32,000 nucleotides of DNA from contig NC_009483.1 in NCBI RefSeq assembly GCF_000016745.1, positions 4,440,001 to 4,472,000 on the forward strand, written 5' to 3'. This DNA is from Geotalea uraniireducens Rf4. Its GTDB lineage: Bacteria; Desulfobacterota; Desulfuromonadia; Geobacterales; Geobacteraceae. The translations under genes and the position numbers were made by a program. This document shows, one piece after another, positions 24,541 through 31,415 of the stretch. A model generated the notes under the pieces. It was not told the DNA's origin. It saw only the letters and a list, made by a program, of their open reading frames with translations, and made no database searches. How positions within the stretch are numbered: position 1 is the first letter of the stretch; the number at the start of each line of letters is the position of its first letter.

Positions 24541-25227
24541 TTAATACAGAGTTCTCCACGCCGTGTTGCCACTGGCATCCTGTGCACATATTTCAAGAAT
24601 ATCCTTACCGGTGCTAGCATTCTTTGTAAACCAGAAGGTACCCCTATCATTTGCAGCAGTTGTATTGTCACATGTTGGCTTTGTAGCTGTTGTAGGATTG
24701 ACCCGAACACCTCCATTAACATCAAAGCGCTGGGTAGGTGTCTTTGTTCCTAACCCAAAGTTTCCTGCATAATCAAGCCTATACGCTTCTGTAAGCGTAA
24801 CGGCTCCTCCAACTGTTGCACCCTGATTTACAAATGCTCTAAATCCAACAGACCCAGACCCGAAAAAAATCGATTTCCCATCAGAGGACTTCTGCGTCCA
24901 AACATTGTTCTTAAGAACAGCACCAGAAGATATCCAAAAGTTATTTTCACCAACAGATGACAACCAGCCACCTGAATCAGCGCCATCATATGCAAAATGA
25001 AGAGTAGAGTCTGTCGCAGCAGCAGGTGTAGCAACGTCAACAGAATATTTGGGAGTATTCAAGTTAAATCCTGTCAACCCTGCATCAGTAACATCCATCG
25101 CATTGGCAACGTTTGTTGCGTGCTTCACAATCAACTTGTCCGCCGCACCAGCCACCGAAGCCATCATCAACCCCGAAACCGCAACCACCGAGGCCATTGC
25201 CAAAATTCTCTTACGCAAGCTTTTCAT
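24541..25227 (-). CDS. Exported protein of unknown function (signal peptide; tail-fibre-like GxGT..P...DV.G motifs)
   Basis: MKSLRKRILAMASVVAVSGLMMASVAGAADK is a signal peptide. The RBS AGGAGG lies 8 nt upstream of the ATG at 25227. The motif GNFGLGTKTPTQRFDVNGGVRV is present. Confidence 0.7.
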   Translation of the reverse strand: MKSLRKRILAMASVVAVSGLMMASVAGAADKLIVKHATNVANAMDVTDAGLTGFNLNTPKYSVDVATPAAATDSTLHFAYDGADSGGWLSSVGENNFWISSGAVLKNNVWTQKSSDGKSIFFGSGSVGFRAFVNQGATVGGAVTLTEAYRLDYAGNFGLGTKTPTQRFDVNGGVRVNPTTATKPTCDNTTAANDRGTFWFTKNASTGKDILEICAQDASGNTAWRTLY

Positions 25228-25574
25228 GTGTAAAACCTCCTGTTTATGTGTCTTTGACTTTGTCATTTATTCTGGGACTGGAGATCGGGAACAGATTACT
25301 GATCCTGCTTATTTCTAATCCCGGCTGCCTGGCCCCTGTCATTTAACCGCATGCTTCTCAATTTAGCGTAAAAACTTCTGCACCACCCAACGGGCCGCTC
25401 GGAGTTCTCAAGACCTTAATCATCTTGCCCCAACGCCTGATTTACAACTTTTATGAATGTACCATAAAACAATTATTAAAGAACTTCAACTATTTTTACT
25501 TTTAATCGTCATTTCAAAGATACAATTTTAACGGCACGACTAGAAATTATGCAAAATAGGGGCCAATTAAAAGC

Positions 25575-25778
25575 GGTCGATGGTCGGCGGTCGGTGGTTG
25601 ACTGCCGACTGCCGACTGCAGTTCTATGGTCGGCGGTCGGCGGTTTCACTGTTTACGGCATTCTTCTCACTTCTTACGGCTACGGCCATTAAAGTCGGTC
25701 GGCAGTCGACAGTCGACAGTCGACAGTCGACAGTCGATGGCTGAACTTCGGCCGATGGTCGATGGTCGGCGGACTGTG
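25575..25778. repeat. Composite heptamer array with no cargo gene: GGTCGRY units, TGCCGAC units, a CTYAC segment, 5 copies of CAGTCGA (25703-25737), then GGTCGRY units
   Basis: Read directly from the sequence. TGCCGAC/GACTGCC is complementary to GGCAGTC/CAGTCGA, which gives nested dyad symmetry. No ORF is present. Confidence 0.9.
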
Positions 25779-25809
25779 GTAAGAACGTCTCCCGTCGCTC
25801 TCTAATTCT

Positions 25810-25941
25810 TCACCGCTTCTTGATTTCCTCATACAACTGCGTCGCCGATTTCTGGCCAAAAAGCTCACTCTTGATCTTCAGGTAATCCTCTTTGTGTGCC
25901 ATGTTTTCCCTGATGAAAATAGCAGCCTTGGTAATGCCCAT
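25810..25941 (-). CDS. Small hypothetical ORF (43 aa), possibly the remnant of a gene disturbed by the adjacent IS
   Basis: MGITKAAIFIRENMAHKEDYLKIKSELFGQKSATQLYEEIKKR. The 93-aa track version reads through the IS terminal repeats and is not credible as drawn. Confidence 0.25.
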   Translation of the reverse strand: MGITKAAIFIRENMAHKEDYLKIKSELFGQKSATQLYEEIKKR

Positions 25942-26005
25942 CTGCTTAATAAGCGTCTGAACCGCCTCACTTCTTACTTCTTCGCTGGAAGGTACTATTT
26001 GACAA

Positions 26006-27400
26006 GTGTCAGGACATCGGTTACCCGGATGTGTCAAGACATCGGTTACCCTTAACGCCCTTTTTTGTGTCAAGACATCGGTTACCTTCATTAGAAATAT
26101 CAGCTACAATGTTCTCTGTGATTTCAACTTGAGGGGAGAACATCCGCATGGAAGAAGAACTCAGGAAACAAGCAGTCCAGCGCCATCTTGCAGGCGAATC
26201 ACCCAAGGCAGTCTATACAAGCCTTGATCGCTCCAAGAAGTGGTTTTTTAAGTGGTTGAACCGGTATCAATCTGGCGCGACTGACTGGTACAAGGAACAC
26301 TCAAGAGCGCCACTTAAAAGACCGTCTGAACTCAGCATCGTAGATAAGGAGATTATTGTCTCCACCAGAAACCGCCTGGACTCGTCACCATTTGCACAGA
26401 TTGGCGTTTCCGCTATCAAGTGGGAGCTGCATAAGCTGGGGTTACCGTTTCGCTCTGACAGCACCATTAACCGGACCCTGAAGCGGGAAGGACTCGTTAA
26501 AAAAAACGAGATATTCCCCCAAAGGGGTCGAGTACCCGTACTTTACCGAAGCCCTGTGCTGCAACAACATCCATCAGATGGATCTTGTTGGCCCCCGCTA
26601 CATCAAGAGTGACGGCAGATTTTACTCGATGAATGTGATTGATCTGTACAGCCATCGGGTCTTCATCGAATCAAATCGCACCAAGGAGGATGACAACATT
26701 GCACAGGGTTTGCTGCGCTGCTGGAAGTCAATGGGGCTTCCCGACTTCCTGCAAATGGACAATGAACTCAGTTTCCGTGGCAGTAACCGCTATCCGAGGT
26801 CACTTGGTCTGGTGCTGCGACTATGTCTCTACTTCGGCGTTCATCCTGTTTTTATCCCTGTTGCGGAACCGTGGCGCGATGGCGTAATAGAGAGCTTCAA
26901 CGATACCTATGACAAAAAGTTTTTTCGCCGCCAGTGGTTCACAAGCTATTCCATGCTCAAGCGGCAAAGCAAGAATTTCCAGCAGTTTCACAACAAGAAT
27001 CACCGTTACAGCTATCTCAAGGGGAAAACGCCACTGGAGGTTATTGAAGCTGACAAATTCAAGCCCTTGACGCTGGGGCCAAATACCAGGATGCCAAAAC
27101 TTGATTTTCTCCCGGACGGCACCATTTCGCTCATTAGATTTATCAGGAGCGATAGAACACTTAACATCTTTGGCGAAAAATTTGAGGTTTCAAAAGACCT
27201 CGTCTATTCATATGTGCGAGCCATGATCGTAACGGAAATTCACACGCTGCAAGTGTACCTGGGTGAAGACTTTGTTCAAAGCTTTGAGTACAGAATGCCT
27301 ACAGAGTTCAGCTCATGAAATAGTATGCATAATCAGGGGGTCGGGTAACCGATGTCCTGACACTTTTTAGAGTTAGGCTTGGGTAACCGATGTCCTGACA
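26006..27400 (+). mobile_element. IS element with an rve/DDE transposase (IS481-like) and multiple terminal repeat copies
   Basis: The 20-nt motif tgtcaRgacatcggttaccc occurs 3 times at the left end (26007, 26032, 26068). It occurs twice inverted at the right end (27343-27362, 27381-27400). An 8-bp direct repeat TTTGACAA flanks the element (25998-26005 and 27401-27408). Confidence 0.8.
26148..27318 (+). CDS. Transposase (HTH plus integrase-core DDE), split by a frameshift at an A8 run (26499-26506)
   Basis: Track ORFs 26148-26612 and 26578-27318 join if one A is removed: ...REGLVKKKTRYSPKGVEYPYFTEALCCNNIHQMDLVGPRYI... The DDE residues are in HQMDLVG, LQMDNELSF and RDGVIESFN. Confidence 0.75.
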
Positions 27401-27497
27401 TTTGACAACTATTAATTTCTTAACTGTCGGCATTGTCCGCCTCCTGTTGCAAAATGAGCATGGTGAATTCCACTGGGTTTATCGCCACAACGGCACC

Positions 27498-27553
27498 TAG
27501 GATCTGGGATCTGAAAAGTCGGGATCGGGGACCTGGGATCTGGGATCGGTAAC
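27498..27553. repeat. GGGATCT-type heptamer array (3' flank of four-helix-bundle copy 2)
   Basis: taggatctgggatctg...gggatcggggacctgggatctgggatcggtaac. The 20-mer ctgggatctgggatcggtaa (27533-27552) recurs exactly at 27999-28018. Confidence 0.95.
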
Positions 27554-27588
27554 TACTTGTTCTTTTTCCATGCGTATAGATTCTCTGT

Positions 27589-27945
27589 TCATAATTGCTT
27601 TGATTTGTAATGTTTTATAAGACCACTTATGAGCTTTTTGACTGTGACTATTTTAGCAAGTAATTGGTTAATTTCGCCAGAAAAATCCAAACGTTGGGCA
27701 ATAATTAATTGAGTCTCAGCCTCAGCAGCGGAACCCAAAGCAACATGTAAAAACTGAATAAACTCTTTTTCTGAATTCCTCGCCGCTCCTTCTGAGATAT
27801 TCGATGGAATCGAAACCGCGGCTCTTCTTAATTGGCTGGTTAAACCATAGAGTTCATCCTTCGGGAAATCCTTGGAAATCGCATAAACATCAACAACTAA
27901 ATCCATACTGATTTTCCATGCATCAAGCTCTTTATGGTCCTTCAT
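27589..27945 (-). CDS. Four-helix-bundle protein (23S rRNA IVS protein / Avd-like family), copy 2
   Basis: [86 protein letters not shown]. The RBS AAGGAGA lies 5 nt upstream. Confidence 0.9.
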   Translation of the reverse strand: MKDHKELDAWKISMDLVVDVYAISKDFPKDELYGLTSQLRRAAVSIPSNISEGAARNSEKEFIQFLHVALGSAAEAETQLIIAQRLDFSGEINQLLAKIVTVKKLISGLIKHYKSKQL

Positions 27946-27967
27946 TTCATCTCCTTGAAAGCGGTGA

Positions 27968-28018
27968 ACTGGAATCAGGGATCTGGAATCTAAAAAGGCT
28001 GGGATCTGGGATCGGTAA
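27968..28018. repeat. GGGATCT-type heptamer array (5' flank of copy 2), in direct orientation relative to 27498-27553
   Basis: ctggaatcagggatctggaatct...ctgggatctgggatcggtaa. Confidence 0.95.
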
Positions 28019-28023
28019 AAACT

Positions 28024-28247
28024 GTTCCCTGTTCCCTGTTCCCTGTTCCCTGTTCCCTGTTCCCCGTTCCCCGTTCCCCGTTCCCCGTTCCCCGTTCCCC
28101 GTTCCCCGTTCCCCGTTCCCCGTTCCCCGTTCCCCGTTCCCAGTTCCCAGTTCCCAGTTCCCAGTTCCCAGTTCCCAGTTCCCAGTTCCCAGTTCCCAGT
28201 TCCCAGTTCCCAGTTCCCAGTTCCCAGTTCCCAGTTCCCAGTCCCCA
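28024..28247. repeat. 32-unit heptamer array in three homogeneous blocks: (GTTCCCT)5 (GTTCCCC)11 (GTTCCCA)15 plus one GTCCCCA
   Basis: I counted the blocks unit by unit: 28024-28058, 28059-28135, 28136-28240. The reverse complement TGGGAAC differs from the TGGGATC unit of the neighbouring arrays at one position. Confidence 0.95.
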
Positions 28248-28251
28248 GCCT

Positions 28252-28584
28252 TTACGGCCTGAAATAATCGGGCTCATCATGGCCATCTACCCATATTGCC
28301 AGAAGATGGGCAATATCACCAGCCACCAGATAGCGCAAATGCAGCCGACGATAGGCAATTGGCATAACAGCCAGATGAAATGCAATCTCCCTGTCGCCAA
28401 TAACCTTTCTGCGGATCGGCCAGGCATGGGGATGATTATCGATTGTGGCAAGGATGGTGGTCATTGCCGACGGAAGGGCGATAAACGCCAGAGGGCTTGC
28501 CTTACGCAGATAACTGCTCAAATCAGAGTATGCCGCCTCGAATGTCGGTGTTACCCGTATTCTGGAATGACGTCTGGTCTTCAC
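28252..28584 (-). CDS. RelE/ParE-superfamily toxin
   Basis: 110 aa with the ParE-like pattern (...[20 protein letters not shown]...HPHAWPIRR...[21 protein letters not shown]). It has an ATGA overlap with the upstream RHH gene. The family call is by eye only. Confidence 0.55.
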   Translation of the reverse strand: MKTRRHSRIRVTPTFEAAYSDLSSYLRKASPLAFIALPSAMTTILATIDNHPHAWPIRRKVIGDREIAFHLAVMPIAYRRLHLRYLVAGDIAHLLAIWVDGHDEPDYFRP

Positions 28585-28871
28585 GCATTCTTTCTCAGCA
28601 ATGAGTCAGACAGTGCCGCACCCTGGCGGGAATCCTCTTCTATCATGGATACAAGGCGGTCAGCCGGTCCGGACAGGCCTTTTTCGATATCACCGAGCGA
28701 CTGCATGGTCATAAGATCGGCGCGGCGTTCCCGCATATCTTCCTCAACAATTGCTCTGGCGCCGGCCTTGAAGAGCCATTGCGGTGTACGATCATGAACA
28801 CGGCAGTACTCATTGATGATGGCAGCCTCAGCCTCCTCAAGGGCAACATTGATCTGTAATCGCTTTTTCAC
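28581..28871 (-). CDS. Ribbon-helix-helix (CopG/ParD-like) antitoxin
   Basis: I prefer a GTG start at 28869-28871, preceded by TAGGAGG and a 6-nt spacer, giving (M)KKRLQINVALEEAEAAIINEYCRVHDRTP... (RHH strand-helix pattern). The track ATG at 28949 adds 26 implausible Cys-rich residues. Confidence 0.6.
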   Translation of the reverse strand: MKKRLQINVALEEAEAAIINEYCRVHDRTPQWLFKAGARAIVEEDMRERRADLMTMQSLGDIEKGLSGPADRLVSMIEEDSRQGAALSDSLLRKNA

Positions 28872-28953
28872 GGCACACCTCCTAGCATTGCAAGCAATTC
28901 TATCACAACCATGCAAGAAACACCAGAGATTGAGCAGTTCACTCGCCAATTTC

Positions 28954-29044
28954 CCCCAGTCCCCAGTCCCCAGTCCCCAGTCCCCAGTCCCCAGTCCCCA
29001 GTCCCCAGTCCCCAGTCCCCAGTTCCCGCCGACCGCCGACCGCC
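28954..29044. repeat. Heptamer array: (CCCCAGT)10, then TCCCGCC and (GACCGCC)2
   Basis: I counted CCCCAGT units from 28954 to 29023. The array lies between the cysNC stop (29047) and the RHH antitoxin start. Confidence 0.95.
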
Positions 29045-29046
29045 TT

Positions 29047-30894
29047 TCACAGCAACACCCCCATCTCCTCCATTTTCGCCACGATACGCCTGGCTGCCTC
29101 TTTCAGGTCATCAGACTCGAGAAAGTTCAGATCGGTATTCTCCGGCGCCTCCCCCTCGGCAAAGGCCATATGCACGGAAATGACCTGGTGGGGATGGACA
29201 AGTGTGCGGATGATCTGGTGATCGGCCCGGGCAAAGGTATTGGTGGTGGAAACCACGATCTGCCCCGCCCTGAGCAGGATCTGCGCCACTTCGCCGAAAC
29301 GGCGCACCATTTCGTCCTTATCCTCCTCGGTTACATCTAGCCCCAGGCCAAATAGCAGGTTTTTCCCGTCAAGGAGATACACCTGCCGACCGCTGTTGAA
29401 AAGCCGCCGCTCCAGGTGTCGGGCAAGGCGCGCCTTGCCGGTGCCGCTTTCGCCGGTGAAGAGGATGATGCCGGGATTGTGGCCGTTGCGCTGCACCCGT
29501 TCGCCGAGCTGAACCTCGCCGCGACGCCAGGCGATGTCGCGCTGCCTCGCTTCCCTGCGGAACGCTTCCTGCTCGTCGCTCAGCACTTCCGTGACTATGC
29601 CGCCGCCCCACACGTCATAACCGTCCACCACCACAAACCGGCCGGTGACGTCGCATTCTGCATAGCAGTCCAGGGCGATCGGCTTCCTGGTCCTGATGGT
29701 CACTTCCGCCACGTCGTTCAGGTCAACGCGGTCCTTTACCGCAACCGGGTCGAGGCTGGCGGCATCGATGATGCGATGGATCGTTTCCAGCTCCATCTCC
29801 ACCGCACAGGTTGCCAGCCTTAAGCCGTACCTGCGGCCGCGAACAAGGGGGTTCTTCCCCATCCAGAACAGGTTGGCGCGAAAACGGTCCGACACCTCCG
29901 GCGCCGACTCTTTTAACGAGGCGATCTCGCCCCGTTCGACGAAAATCTGCTCGTCGAGGGTAAAGCCGGTCGATTTGCCGGCAACTGCCGCCAATGGGAG
30001 ATGGGGAACATTGAAGGCCTCGATGGTCTTGACGACGGCGGTTTTATTGGAGGGTGAAAACACCACGGTATCGCCGACCCGCAGGACTCCGGCAGCAAGC
30101 CGGCCGGCAATGATGCGGCGGGCGTCGAACTTGTAGACATCCTGCACCGGAAAGCGGAGCGGCAGGTCTTCGCCGGTCGGCAGCTTCTCAAAGAGACCGA
30201 GGCTTTCCAATACCGTAGACCCCCGATACCATGGCATGGCATCACTGCGCCGCACCACGTTGTCGCCGTTCCTGGCGCTGGCTGGGATAAACTGCTGCGG
30301 CGAGACGCCCACCCCCTTCAGGAATGCCCCGTACTCTTCGACGATGGCGTTAAAGACCTGCTCGTCATAGCCGACCAAGTCCATCTTGTTGACGACCACC
30401 GCAATCTGCCGGATCCCCAGGAGACTGAGCATGTAGCCGTGGCGCCGCGACTGTTCGCGCACCCCTTCGGCAGCATCGATGATCAGCACCGCCGCCTCGG
30501 CCCTGGCAGCGCCCGAAATCATGTTTTTCAGGAACTCCTTATGCCCCGGCGCATCTATTATTATATACTGCCGGTTTTCCCAGGAAAAAAAGGTGCGGGC
30601 GGTATCGATGGTAATCCCCTGCTCCTGCTCTTCGAGAAATGCATCAAAGAGGAAGGCGTACTCAAATGCCTTTCCCTGTTGCTCGCAGATGGCGCGGACC
30701 TTCTCCAGCTGCCCATCGGGAAGGGAATCGGTGTCCGCGTAGATGCGCCCGAGAAGGGTGGACTTGCCGTGGTCCACGTGACCGACTATTACTACGGTGA
30801 AGGCGGTCGATGGTGGATGGTGGATGGTCGATGGTGGATGGTCGATAGTCGTTGGTGGATGGTCATTTGTTGATGGGCTCACGCTATTTTTCAT
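29047..30894 (-). CDS. cysNC: Sulfate adenylyltransferase subunit 1 (GTPase CysN) fused to a short, divergent APS-kinase-like domain
   Basis: The G-domain motifs are [18 protein letters not shown] and NKMD. The C-terminal 141 aa read [46 protein letters not shown]...RRFGEVAQ. The first roughly 30 codons are encoded by a heptamer array. Confidence 0.85.
   Translation of the reverse strand: MKNSVSPSTNDHPPTTIDHPPSTIHHPPSTAFTVVIVGHVDHGKSTLLGRIYADTDSLPDGQLEKVRAICEQQGKAFEYAFLFDAFLEEQEQGITIDTARTFFSWENRQYIIIDAPGHKEFLKNMISGAARAEAAVLIIDAAEGVREQSRRHGYMLSLLGIRQIAVVVNKMDLVGYDEQVFNAIVEEYGAFLKGVGVSPQQFIPASARNGDNVVRRSDAMPWYRGSTVLESLGLFEKLPTGEDLPLRFPVQDVYKFDARRIIAGRLAAGVLRVGDTVVFSPSNKTAVVKTIEAFNVPHLPLAAVAGKSTGFTLDEQIFVERGEIASLKESAPEVSDRFRANLFWMGKNPLVRGRRYGLRLATCAVEMELETIHRIIDAASLDPVAVKDRVDLNDVAEVTIRTRKPIALDCYAECDVTGRFVVVDGYDVWGGGIVTEVLSDEQEAFRREARQRDIAWRRGEVQLGERVQRNGHNPGIILFTGESGTGKARLARHLERRLFNSGRQVYLLDGKNLLFGLGLDVTEEDKDEMVRRFGEVAQILLRAGQIVVSTTNTFARADHQIIRTLVHPHQVISVHMAFAEGEAPENTDLNFLESDDLKEAARRIVAKMEEMGVLL
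30805..30874. repeat. GGTCGAT/GGTGGAT heptamer array (about 10 units) lying inside the 5' end of the cysNC reading frame
   Basis: ggtcgat ggtggat ggtggat ggtcgat ggtggat ggtcgat agtcgtt ggtggat ggtcatt tgttgat. On the minus strand it translates as ...[21 protein letters not shown]... Confidence 0.95.
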
Positions 30895-31255
30895 ATTTGA
30901 CTCTCAGTGATTTTATGAGCGCATTGAGCTGCTTGCGGATGACTACGGTTTCTCCGAGTAGTGTCTCAGCTTCAACTGCATACCCCAGTTTTTGTGCAAC
31001 AATCAATTGGGTCTCAAGTTCGGCAGCAGAACCACCGGCAATGGATAAGAATCGGATAAACTCCCGATTGCCTTGCCTTCCTGCCCCTTCGGCAATGTTC
31101 GAAGCGATTGAGACCACTGACCGCTTAATCTGGTCGGCCAGACCAAAGTGCTCATCCAGAGGGAATTTTTGAAGTATTCCATAAACAGACACTGCCAGAT
31201 TGACTGAACGCTGCCAGACATCAAGTTCCTTATAGTCCCTTATTTTCTCCACCAT
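30884..31255 (-). CDS. Four-helix-bundle protein (23S rRNA IVS protein / Avd-like family), copy 3
   Basis: [90 protein letters not shown]. Its last codons (aaa tAT GAA AAA TAG) contain the cysNC ATG. Confidence 0.9.
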   Translation of the reverse strand: MVEKIRDYKELDVWQRSVNLAVSVYGILQKFPLDEHFGLADQIKRSVVSIASNIAEGAGRQGNREFIRFLSIAGGSAAELETQLIVAQKLGYAVEAETLLGETVVIRKQLNALIKSLRVKYEK

Positions 31256-31286
31256 TCACCGCCTTTACCTTTACCATACCTTTACA

Positions 31287-31413
31287 CATCATCTGTCATC
31301 CGTCATCCGCCATCCGCCATCCGCCACCGACCACCGACCACCGACCATCGACCACCGACCATCGACCGCCGTTCAGCCATCGACCGCCGTTCAGCCATCG
31401 ACCACCGACCGCC
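31287..31413. repeat. CATCCGC/CACCGAC/CATCGAC heptamer array (about 18 units), the inverted complement of the 30805-30874 array
   Basis: catccgc catccgc catccgc caccgac caccgac caccgac catcgac caccgac catcgac ... The reverse complement gives GGTCGAT/GGTCGGT/GGCGGAT units. It fills the cysD to four-helix-bundle spacer. Confidence 0.95.
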
Positions 31414-31415
31414 TC

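Noticed and set aside
25525-25545. A possible sigma-54-type promoter (acggcacgactagaaatt) upstream of the exported-protein region.
   Set aside because: The -12 element (TTGC) is missing at the right spacing, and the orientation is wrong for the minus-strand gene.
25810-26091. A 93-aa ORF whose N-terminus reads MKVTDVLTQKRALRVTDVLTHPGNRCPDT.
   Set aside because: The repeated VTDVLT/NRCPDT segments are translations of the three left-end terminal repeats of the IS element. Only the last 43 codons lie outside the IS. A good RBS plus ATG (AGGAGGcggacaATG, 27426-27428 on the minus strand) sits on the other side of the IS. However, removing the IS and one TTTGACAA copy leaves that ATG out of frame with the downstream ORF (it gives MPTVKKLIVVK*). 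I therefore cannot reconstruct a clean interrupted gene.
28024-28247. The repeat arrays could be CRISPR arrays.
   Set aside because: The units are 7 nt long and directly abut one another with no spacers, and no cas genes are present. They are not CRISPR.
29240-30873. Long antisense or alternative-frame ORFs lie inside cysNC (29240-29512+, 29369-29611-, 29416-29823+, 29696-30136+, 29913-30245-, 30439-30873+, 30479-30742+). Similar ones lie in wzm (21019-21585-, 21258-21734+) and gmd (846-1346+, 1048-1515-, 1073-1912+).
   Set aside because: These are typical shadow ORFs of GC-rich genes. Their composition is Arg/Pro/Gly/Ala-rich with no motifs, whereas the chosen frames carry unmistakable family signatures.
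20405-31255. The four-helix-bundle genes could be Avd components of a diversity-generating retroelement.
   Set aside because: No reverse transcriptase ORF and no template/variable repeat pair is visible anywhere in the 32 kb. The three genes are isolated single ORFs.
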